This document shows, in pieces, positions 56,066-64,000 of a DNA stretch of 64,000 nucleotides. The number at the start of each line of letters is the position of its first letter. Positions within the stretch are counted from its first letter, which is position 1. The notes below the pieces were generated by a model. That model was not told the DNA's origin, searched no databases, and was given only the letters and a program-made list of their open reading frames with translations. This DNA comes from an uncultured delta proteobacterium (GTDB lineage: Bacteria; Desulfobacterota; Binatia; UBA9968): contig CAVUZH010000016.1 in NCBI GenBank assembly GCA_963745835.1, forward strand, positions 128,001 to 192,000. The letters run 5' to 3'. A program made the translations under genes and the position numbers.

Positions 56066-57100
56066 TCACAAAATCAGCATGGCATCGCCATAGCTGTAAA
56101 ATCGATAGCGCTTTTGGATGGCTTCGGCATATGCTTTACGGATCAACTCCAGGCCGGCAAGAGCGGTGACGATTAACAGGGGAGTCGATCGCGGCAGGTG
56201 AAAATTGGTTATCAAAGCATCGATGACTCGGAATCGGTCGCCCGGACGTATGAAGAGTCGCGCAATCCCCTCATCCGCCTCCACCTTGCCTTTCTGCAGT
56301 GCCACCCATTCCAGCGTGCGGGTGGTGGTCGATCCCACCGCGACCACACGGCGGCCAACGTCCTTGGCGCGCTGAATCTGAGAGGCCGCTTCGGCCGGAA
56401 GAATGTAACGCTCGCCTTCCATCCGATGGCTTTCGACTTTCTCGCTACGTATCGGTTCGAAAGTACCTGGGCCGACGTGCAGCGTCAACAGAGCCCTATG
56501 GACTCCTTGCGCGTCCAACCTGTCGAGCAACTCCGGAGTGAAGTGAAATCCCGCGGTAGGAGCCGCTATAGCCCCGGGATGGGCCGCATAGATCGTTTGA
56601 TATCGTTGCCAATCCAAGCTCGCAGCAGCGCGACGGCGCCGCACGTAGGGCGGTAACGGGGGCTCGCCGATTGCGGCTAGTTGCGCATCAAACTCACCAC
56701 TATGATGAAATTCCAAGCCGAAGCGGCCGCGACCGATATCGCCAATCACCTCGGCGGTTACGCCGGCGAAAATAAGTCGGCTTCCTACTTTGGGCTTTTT
56801 GGCGGCATTAATTAATGCAATCCAAAGACTGCGCTTATCAGGGAAGCGCTCGAGCAACAGGACTTCCACCTTGCCACCGCTTTCCTTAGCGCCATGCAAC
56901 CGTGCGGGAAATACCCGGGTATCATTGAGAACCAGCACATCGCCGGGATCGAGAAAATTGCCCAATTCGGAAAAATGCGTGTGAATGAGCTCGCCGCTCT
57001 GTCGGCGGATCACGAGCAGGCGAGAGTCTTCCCGATTGCCGCTGGGAAATGCCGCAATGAGAGATTCGGGCAGCTCATAGGAAAACTCTTGAACATCCAT
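56066..57100 (-). CDS. queA: S-adenosylmethionine:tRNA ribosyltransferase-isomerase
   Basis: NDTRVFPARL, PLPPY, AAPTAG, HVGPGTF, TNFHLP, YRFYSYGDAM. Confidence 0.96.
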   Translation of the reverse strand: MDVQEFSYELPESLIAAFPSGNREDSRLLVIRRQSGELIHTHFSELGNFLDPGDVLVLNDTRVFPARLHGAKESGGKVEVLLLERFPDKRSLWIALINAAKKPKVGSRLIFAGVTAEVIGDIGRGRFGLEFHHSGEFDAQLAAIGEPPLPPYVRRRRAAASLDWQRYQTIYAAHPGAIAAPTAGFHFTPELLDRLDAQGVHRALLTLHVGPGTFEPIRSEKVESHRMEGERYILPAEAASQIQRAKDVGRRVVAVGSTTTRTLEWVALQKGKVEADEGIARLFIRPGDRFRVIDALITNFHLPRSTPLLIVTALAGLELIRKAYAEAIQKRYRFYSYGDAMLIL

Positions 57101-57182
57101 TTCAATGGACCGGCAAAGCAATACCTGGCGAAAGCAATCTTCAACGCCGCGGAATCAAACATTGCGGCGCTAATTTGGATCA

Positions 57183-57941
57183 TCAAGTCTGATTGGATTT
57201 GTTGAGAAACGGCGCCAATAGATCGATGGGCACAGGGAAGATGGTTGTAGAATTTTTTTCTGAGGCAATTTCGACCAGGCTCTGGAGAAAGCGGAGCTGT
57301 AACGCCATTGGCTGCTTCGACATGACTTCGGCAGCGTCCAAGAGCTTCTGCGATGCTTGAAATTCGCCCTCGGCATGAATCACTTTCGCGCGCCTTTCCC
57401 TCTCCGCTTCCGCTTGCTTGGCCATCGCTCGCTGCATCTCCTGAGGAAGATCGATGTGCTTGAGCTCAACTAGCACGACTTTTATTCCCCACGGATCGGT
57501 CTGCTTATCCAAGATATCTTGAATGCGAGTGTTGATCTTCTCTCGTTCGGCCAGAAGCTCGTCCAACTCTCCTTGACCGCAAACGCTGCGCAGGGTGACT
57601 TGGGCAAGTTGGGATGTTGCGAACAGGTAATTTTCCACTTCCCTGACCGCTAAATTCGGGTCCAGCACCCTAAAATAAAGCACCGCGTTCACTTTCACCG
57701 AGACGTTGTCACGGGTAATCACATCCTGGGGTGGAATATCCATAGTCACTGTCCGCAAATCCATCTTGACCATCTTTTCGATGCCGGGAATGATATAGAC
57801 CAATCCTGGCCCGCGCGCGCCGACCATTCGGCCAAGCCGAAACACAACACCACGTTCGTACTCCTTGAGAACCTTCACGCCACTGATGATCGCAGCGATG
57901 ATGATGATTAAAAACGTGATCGGGGCGCCTATTCCGAACAT
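57183..57941 (-). CDS. SPFH/stomatin-like (slipin) protein
   Basis: [30 protein letters not shown]. Confidence 0.94.
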   Translation of the reverse strand: MFGIGAPITFLIIIIAAIISGVKVLKEYERGVVFRLGRMVGARGPGLVYIIPGIEKMVKMDLRTVTMDIPPQDVITRDNVSVKVNAVLYFRVLDPNLAVREVENYLFATSQLAQVTLRSVCGQGELDELLAEREKINTRIQDILDKQTDPWGIKVVLVELKHIDLPQEMQRAMAKQAEAERERRAKVIHAEGEFQASQKLLDAAEVMSKQPMALQLRFLQSLVEIASEKNSTTIFPVPIDLLAPFLNKSNQT

Positions 57942-57959
57942 AATACCTCCTCCGCTAAG

Positions 57960-59273
57960 TCACGAAGCTCTGTCCTGAAGCCGCTTCACCTTGAGATTCA
58001 TTCCGTCGTAGCCGACGATTTGAACCTTGTCACCGACATCGATCTGTCCATCCGTTTGTGTTTGAGCATTCCAGTATTCCCCGTGGACGAATACTTTCCC
58101 TGAGGGACTTAGTTTTGCCCTGACCTCGCCGATTTCACCGATTAGTCCGTCCATACCCAGCGTGGGTTTGGCTTTCTGGGAGCGAAAAACCAGGTAACCG
58201 ATCGCAAGAACAAGGGCCGCCATTGTCGCTACAGCGGTATAAATGATCGTCCGATCGATGGTTAGGTCCGAATTCGGCGTGTCGAAAAGCAAGAACGAGC
58301 CTAGTGCCAGAGAGATAACCCCGCCGATGCCAAGTATGCCGAAACTCGGCATGAACGCTTCACCGACCAAAAGCGCAATGCCGAGAAGGATCAAAAATAA
58401 ACCGGCATAATTGAAAGAAAGAAGCTGCAATGAGATCAACGCCATCACCAGGCAGATAGCGCCGGTCACTCCGGGGAACATAACCCCGGGATTGGAGAAC
58501 TCCATGTAGAGACCAAGGATGCCGGCCATCAGCAGCATGTAGGCGATGTTCGGATCAGCAATGGCGTTGACGATTTTCTGTTTGAGACTCATCTCATGGC
58601 GCACGACGTTAACGCCTTTGACGGAAAGCGTCGTCATGCGCCCGTCCAGATCCACTTTACGACCGTCGGCTTGCTTCAGTAAATCATCGATGTCTTTGGC
58701 AATAATGTCGATGACCTTTTTCTTGAGCGCGTCGGTCTCGGTAATCGAGACACTCCGGCGCACCGCCTCGATTGCCCACTCGGTATTGCGGCCGCGTTTT
58801 TGCGCGATAGTTTCGCTAAACGATGCGGTGAAGTTTTCGATTTTTTCACCCATCACTCCTTTCACTTCCTGTCCTCCGCCCGCTACCGGGTGAGCCGCGC
58901 CGATGTTGGTGGCCGGGGCCATCGCGGCAATATGCGCCGCCATCGTGATGAAGACCCCGGCCGATCCCGCGCCAGCGCCACTGGGCGCTACATGGACCAT
59001 GATCGGAACCTGCGCGCTAAGCATCTCCTTTACGATTGTCCGGGTGGAGCTCAAAAGGCCGCCGGGAGTATCGAGCTGAATGATCAGCGCCCGAGCTCCA
59101 TTCGATTTCGCCCGGCTAATGCTCTCGCGAATGAAATCGTCCACTGCCGGATTGATCGAACCATCGATTACGATCAGATCAACGTGCGGCGCCGACGACT
59201 CGTCTGGTTGTGCCAGCACAGACACCCCAAAAGCCAACAGAGATACAAAGAAAAAGATCTTAAGCGTTTTCAC
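57960..59273 (-). CDS. nfeD: NfeD membrane-bound serine protease (long form)
   Basis: LDTPGG, AGSAG, IGAAHP, TM region, C-terminal GEYW OB-fold; paired with SPFH. Confidence 0.92.
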   Translation of the reverse strand: MKTLKIFFFVSLLAFGVSVLAQPDESSAPHVDLIVIDGSINPAVDDFIRESISRAKSNGARALIIQLDTPGGLLSSTRTIVKEMLSAQVPIMVHVAPSGAGAGSAGVFITMAAHIAAMAPATNIGAAHPVAGGGQEVKGVMGEKIENFTASFSETIAQKRGRNTEWAIEAVRRSVSITETDALKKKVIDIIAKDIDDLLKQADGRKVDLDGRMTTLSVKGVNVVRHEMSLKQKIVNAIADPNIAYMLLMAGILGLYMEFSNPGVMFPGVTGAICLVMALISLQLLSFNYAGLFLILLGIALLVGEAFMPSFGILGIGGVISLALGSFLLFDTPNSDLTIDRTIIYTAVATMAALVLAIGYLVFRSQKAKPTLGMDGLIGEIGEVRAKLSPSGKVFVHGEYWNAQTQTDGQIDVGDKVQIVGYDGMNLKVKRLQDRAS

Positions 59274-60021
59274 TTTGCATCTCTTTCATCACCTTTTTGA
59301 TGTCTTCCCAGACTAATTTCTTGTCGGCCGGGTTGCGCAACAGGTAGGCAGGGTGGAAAGTTGGCATCAACTTGATGCCCATATACGTGTGCCAATTGCC
59401 GCGCAACCGGGTAATCGGAACTTTGCTCTGGAGCAATGCTTGTACGGCGAATTTCCCCAAGGCGACAATAATTTTGGGCCGTATTAATTCGATTTGTTTT
59501 TTCAGAAAGGGCTCGCAAGAAGCAACTTCGTCGGGTTCCGGATTGCGATTCTCTGGCGGGCGGCACTTGACCACATTGGCAATGTAAACGTCTTCTCGGG
59601 TTAGGCCCATGCCCTTGGTGATGATGTCGGTAAGCAGCTGCCCGGCGCGCCCGACAAAAGGTTCGCCTTTGAGATCTTCGTCCCGTCCCGGGCCTTCGCC
59701 GACAAACATCAGCTTGGCATTCGGGTTACCGATCCCAAAAACCACGTGCGTTCGGCCTAAATGCAATTTACAGCGCCGACAGTCGCCGATATCATCGCGA
59801 AGTTCTTCAAGACTGCTCACTTCACCGCGATCGGAGTGCGTCGAGACTCGCTCCACCTTATCGGGCGCCGGCTCTTTACTTTCCATCGTCGTTGGCGTCA
59901 TCGTCGCAACCTCAGGTCGCGCGACGAACCGAACACCCATGCGTTGTTGCCGTTGTAAATGCCGGCGCAGGGAAATTACCAAAGTTGCGAGTTCGTCGCC
60001 TTCACTGGTGGACATGGACAC
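59260..60021 (-). CDS. Family 4 uracil-DNA glycosylase ([4Fe-4S])
   Basis: CRRC, GEGPG, NVVKCRPP.NR, FHPAY. Confidence 0.93.
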   Translation of the reverse strand: MSMSTSEGDELATLVISLRRHLQRQQRMGVRFVARPEVATMTPTTMESKEPAPDKVERVSTHSDRGEVSSLEELRDDIGDCRRCKLHLGRTHVVFGIGNPNAKLMFVGEGPGRDEDLKGEPFVGRAGQLLTDIITKGMGLTREDVYIANVVKCRPPENRNPEPDEVASCEPFLKKQIELIRPKIIVALGKFAVQALLQSKVPITRLRGNWHTYMGIKLMPTFHPAYLLRNPADKKLVWEDIKKVMKEMQSENA

Positions 60022-60148
60022 GGAATCCTCACCGAAGATCTTAACACCTGAGACTTGCGGCTATCAATGACAGAATCGCAATCACCCAGAGAAAGGGCGC
60101 TGATTAGATCGGCCGATAATCACGATACTAAAATGCTGGCCTTTAAGG

Positions 60149-61326
60149 TTAACGCCTTAAGGTGAGAAGATGATCAAAAATTTGGTCCGCCAATTCATCC
60201 TTACTCATGAGCGGCAGCGAGTGGGTTGTGCCCCGACGATCAATAATGGTTGCGATGTTGGTATCGCCGTCAAAACCGCTGCCCTGTTTGGTGACGTCAT
60301 TTGCAACGATCATGTCAAGATTCTTTTCGCGCAGCTTTTTCTCGGCATTAGCATCCAGATTGCCGGTTTCGGCGGCAAAGCCGATTAGTAGTTTTCCATC
60401 CTTGCGCCGCCCGAGCTCCTTGAGAATATCCGGGTTCGGCTCCAGGCGCACATCCAACGGGCCCTTACCTCGCTTTATTTTGTCGGCTGAAAATTCGGCT
60501 GGATGATAATCCGCTACCGCGGCGGCCATGATCACGGCAGTGCATGCGGCGTACTCGTCGAGAATCGCCCGGCGCATTTCAGCCGCCGTGTTGACGGCCG
60601 TTACTTTAACGCCGGGAGGCGGCGTGAGCGCTGTCGGGCCACTGATCAGCACGACTTCCGCGCCCCTTCGCGCTGCCGCTCGCGCCAGCGCGTAGCCCAT
60701 TTTGCCTGATGATCGGTTGGAGATATAGCGAACCGGATCTAATGGTTCGCGGCTGGGACCGGCGGTTACGATGAGCTTTTCATCCGCCAGATCTTTTTTT
60801 TGAGCTGCAGCCGGATCTGTTCGAGAATCGCCTCGGGATCCGGCAATCGCCCTTTGCCTTCGTACCCGCATGCAAGATAGCCCTCGTCCGGTTCGAGGAT
60901 TTCATAGCCGATCCGCCGTAACTTTCGGAGATTTTCTTGCAAGATTGGGTTTTCGTACATGTGAATGTTCATTGCCGGCGCAATCAGCACCGGCGCCTGA
61001 GTAGCCATCAACACGGTGGATAATAGATCGTCCGCGATACCGGCGGCAATTTTACCAATAACGTTGGCCGTAGCCGGCGCAACAACAAAGATGTCGGCTG
61101 AGTCGGCTAAATTGATGTGTCCTATTTCAGATTCTTGCGTCAGATTAAAAGTATCGGTAGCAACCGGCCGGGCAGAAAGCGTCTGAAACGTCAAAGGCGT
61201 AACGAACTGCATCGCGCCACGAGTCATGATCACCTGAACGGTATACTGTTCTTTTACCAACAAGCGGACCAACTCGACCGCCTTGTAGCACGCGATTCCG
61301 CCACTGACCCCGAGAACTACGTTCAT
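60149..61326 (-). CDS. coaBC: Bifunctional CoaBC split over two frames (CoaC 60766-61326; CoaB about 60149-60793); a -1 shift at the A8 run gives about 392 aa
   Basis: CoaC motifs GVSGGIACYK, PAMN..M, LACG..GKGRL; CoaB motifs TAGPSRE.LDPVRYISNRSSGKMG, AAVADY, GFAAET; frames join at CTC AAAAAAAA GAT. Confidence 0.92.
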
Positions 61327-61625
61327 GGTTTGTCGTTCTCCACGAGCGCAAAATATAAAAACAATCAGGGGCTTGCAACCTCAATGAAGATAAGCCGTAT
61401 CGCCCCGGAACTAAACTTGTCGCCGTCAACGCAGAGGTTGCGACTTCCATTTCCTGTCAACATGGACCGGAGGCGTTCTGAACGCCCACAAACGATCCAA
61501 AGTCTTAACAAAGGTCAACAAATCGCTTGGGCTTAGACGGTGACAATGGCATGATTCTGGCGTCGATGGCAGACTTACCGGCGAATTATCAACGAATGCT
61601 TGACCAAAATATTGACATCATGTAA

Positions 61626-62501
61626 GTGACAAGAATGCTAAAGGAGCGGTGGATGAAGCGATACAGCTCGCGGCTGACACCCCGGAATATGAGCACGCTA
61701 TTGTTCCTAGTTGGGGCAATATTTTGGCTTGGCGCAAGTTTTGGCTATGCTTTCGAGCAGGAAGATTCTCCGGCGTTCTCGGCTGGCTATGAGCCAAGCA
61801 CGCTTGCCGCTTCATCGGCAAATCGCGAGCAGCCTCTGGAAACACGATTGGCTTTAGCCAGCGCATTGGCCGAAACAGCGGAAGCAGGGGACGATTTTGA
61901 CTCCGACCCTCTCGAAGCTTTCAACGAAAAAATGTTCTGGTTCAATCGGGAGGTGCTTGACCGTTTTTTGCTAAAGCCGGCGGCGACGGCGTGGGACTTT
62001 GTGATACCCGATCCGATGCAGCGGGGGATTTACAACATTTTCGATAACCTCGCAGTGGTGCGACGCGTAGTGAATAACGCCCTGCAACTGAAGTTTACCG
62101 GCGCAGCGACGGAGGTGGCGCGCTTTACCATCAACAGCACAGTCGGGCTCGTTGGGTTCTTCGATGTGGCCAAGGATGGATTCGGAATCCAGCAGAGAGA
62201 CGAGGATACCGGCCAGACGTTTGGTGTTTGGGGAATCGGGCCCGGTCCTTACCTGATCCTGCCATTTCTGCCGCCACTAACGATCCGTGACGGCATCGGT
62301 TATGCCTTCGATACGGCGATGACGCCCTATATCTACTTCATCCCTTGGTATGCCAATGCCGGCCTCACCGTCACAAGCACGGTCAATGAGAGGTCACTAA
62401 ATCTCGAAACATTCGAGCGAGTCGCTGAGTCCACCATCGATCTTTACGGTGCGGTGCGTAACGCCTATCTACAAAGAAGGGCGGCGGTGATTCGGCAGTA
62501 A
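61626..62501 (+). CDS. mlaA: MlaA/VacJ family outer-membrane lipid asymmetry protein
   Basis: DPLEAFNE, RFTINSTVG, EDTGQTFG.WG, GPYLILP; start uncertain. Confidence 0.92.
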   Translation: MTRMLKERWMKRYSSRLTPRNMSTLLFLVGAIFWLGASFGYAFEQEDSPAFSAGYEPSTLAASSANREQPLETRLALASALAETAEAGDDFDSDPLEAFNEKMFWFNREVLDRFLLKPAATAWDFVIPDPMQRGIYNIFDNLAVVRRVVNNALQLKFTGAATEVARFTINSTVGLVGFFDVAKDGFGIQQRDEDTGQTFGVWGIGPGPYLILPFLPPLTIRDGIGYAFDTAMTPYIYFIPWYANAGLTVTSTVNERSLNLETFERVAESTIDLYGAVRNAYLQRRAAVIRQ

Positions 62502-62690
62502 TAATGAAGCGGAGGGATTGAAGCCTAACATCAGCCCCTCGGTAACGTTTTCTCCTGTCATGAGAGCTTTTCAGTTCGTTTGTTGCTTAGCTACGGCACA
62601 GATCGTTCGACCTTGAACGTAAGCTGATCGGACCAGCAGCCCGACGTTCCGGCCGCAATAGATGCCTCTAAAAACCCATCGAACCGACTA

Positions 62691-62719
62691 TTGACATCGG
62701 CAGTGTGGGTGTTTAAAGA
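62691..62719 (+). promoter_or_regulatory. Putative sigma70 promoter
   Basis: TTGACA-17 nt-TAAAGA, followed by an AGGAG RBS. Confidence 0.4.
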
Positions 62720-62767
62720 AATAATCCCGCCTGAGTTATGAGAACTTCATAGGAGAGAATCGCAAAC

Positions 62768-63127
62768 ATGCCCAAGACAAAAAAGAAACCCGCGGGACGA
62801 CAAGCGAAAGACCGAGCTCATGAATACATTGATGATGGCAGCCATGATGAGATCGACGACGAGGATCTTCCTAGCGATGAGGCTGGACGACGCAAGATAA
62901 AGAGAAACTACGAAGAACTGCTCGGAATTCGGATAGACAAGCTAAAAGGACGGGTTCTCAACCGAGAAAAGATCAACAAGAGCATCGACGGGCTCTACTT
63001 CATCTGCTTTGAGTGTAGAAAAATCTGCCACAACCTAGACGAAGGTTGGGTTGAAGAGCCAACAACCCAGCACAATTTCTGCTCCGCCTGCGCCAAAACT
63101 AAAGGCATTCGCAGTACCGCCGCCTAG
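62768..63127 (+). CDS. Small zinc-finger protein, divergent DksA/TraR-like
   Basis: Acidic patch, helix, then DGLYFICFEC-x21-CSAC; own RBS and predicted promoter. Confidence 0.65.
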   Translation: MPKTKKKPAGRQAKDRAHEYIDDGSHDEIDDEDLPSDEAGRRKIKRNYEELLGIRIDKLKGRVLNREKINKSIDGLYFICFECRKICHNLDEGWVEEPTTQHNFCSACAKTKGIRSTAA

Positions 63128-64000
63128 TCAACTATTTTCATCCGTTCGAGAAAGCTTCTGAGCTCAGAGGGCAGCGGCGAGTCCAAGACAGTCGATTTGC
63201 CGCTCGCCGGATGAGCAAACTCCAAACGAGAAGCATGTAAAAAGTGCCGCCCAAGATCGGTCGAATAGTCTACAAAACCATACCGCGTATCGCCGACTAT
63301 GGCATGACCAGTAGCGGCGAGATGGACCCGAATCTGATGCGTGACGCCGGTTTGCATCTCAACCTCGAGTAGGCTCATCTCATTTGAGCTGGCGAGCTTT
63401 CGAAAACTGGTTCGCGCATGCCAGCTTCTTAGGCGCGGCCGATTCGATCCGGACTCATTAATCACCTGCATTCGGCTCTTATCGGTCGGATCATGAGCAA
63501 GTGCCAAGCTGATGGATCCGGAAGAAGATGCCTCACCCCAAACTAAGGCAATATATTTTTTGTTGACTTGGCGCCGTTGAAACTGCTCCCGCAGGTTTTC
63601 AAATGCCGGTTGATTTTTTGCCACCAGCACTAATCCTGAAGTTTCGGTGTCCAAACGGTTTAGTAAGCCGGGCTCCCAACGACTCCTCCCAACGCAAGAT
63701 AGCTCAGGCCATCGCGCAACCAGAAAATTGGCCAAGGTGCCGACGTCGCGCGCGGAGAATCCATGAGTTGGGATGCCAGCCGGTTTATCAACCGCGATGA
63801 TTTCAGCATCTTCATAGACAGTGGTGACACGTCCGTTTACTCCCGCGACCGGCGAATCAAACAGCCAATGCCGCGCCCCCTGAAAGATTACTCGGTCCCC
63901 TTGCTTTAGTCTTTGACCCTTGGTCGCGCGCCGACCGTTTACTAAAAAAGCGTTCTCGTCGATAGCTGTAGCGGATTGGTGACGAGATAGGTGAGGCAAG
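63124..64000 (-). CDS. RluA/RluD family pseudouridine synthase (5' end beyond the window)
   Basis: DKPAG, NRLDTETSG, TGVTHQIRVH, IVGD..Y, LHA. Confidence 0.93.
   Translation of the reverse strand, partial: LPHLSRHQSATAIDENAFLVNGRRATKGQRLKQGDRVIFQGARHWLFDSPVAGVNGRVTTVYEDAEIIAVDKPAGIPTHGFSARDVGTLANFLVARWPELSCVGRSRWEPGLLNRLDTETSGLVLVAKNQPAFENLREQFQRRQVNKKYIALVWGEASSSGSISLALAHDPTDKSRMQVINESGSNRPRLRSWHARTSFRKLASSNEMSLLEVEMQTGVTHQIRVHLAATGHAIVGDTRYGFVDYSTDLGRHFLHASRLEFAHPASGKSTVLDSPLPSELRSFLERMKIVD

Noticed and set aside
59260-60021. UdgX-type suicide glycosylase
   Set aside because: No KRRIH loop; ordinary family 4 motifs
60802-60871. ORF-track start of a separate coaB gene
   Set aside because: The first 24 or so residues are out-of-frame CoaC sequence; homology begins only after the A8 run
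61548-61562. Sigma54-like TGGCAT-N5-TGGC upstream of mlaA
   Set aside because: Imperfect -12 element, no enhancer-binding protein in the window, and sigma70-like elements lie nearby
1-64000. CRISPR arrays, transposases, prophage, defence systems, selenocysteine readthrough
   Set aside because: No regularly spaced repeats, no integrase, transposase or phage motifs, and no redox gene visibly interrupted by an in-frame TGA

Overview
Gene-dense bacterial chromosome segment with about 63 CDS, one tRNA-Cys, and no CRISPR array, prophage or IS element. The gene content suggests a Gram-negative, deltaproteobacteria-like organism such as Binatota (inference only). Housekeeping blocks include mutM-rsmA-tsaD-LpoP-like-PBP1B-degP, cysK-larE, carD-ispD, coaE, efp, gdh, recJ-secF-secD-yajC-tgt-queA, SPFH-nfeD-udg-coaBC, mlaA and a partial RluA-family gene. 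They flank a roughly 16 kb GntR-associated divergent catabolic cluster (UbiD, SDR, ABC parts, cyclic amidohydrolase, three-subunit Mo-hydroxylase, beta-propeller, TctC, deaminase). The most notable observations are: (1) coaBC is broken at its domain boundary by an in-frame A_AAA_AAG -1 slippery site followed by a hairpin, either recoding or a homopolymer error; (2) a YfhL ferredoxin is fused to a membrane segment and an alpha-crystallin-like domain; (3) a PAS-DHp-receiver protein lacks an ATPase domain and sits divergent from a KUP/KimA-like transporter-USP fusion; (4) a divergent DksA/TraR-like protein; (5) a promoter-uORF-terminator leader lies ahead of DUF1844-degP. All calls come from reading motifs by eye; no searches were run.
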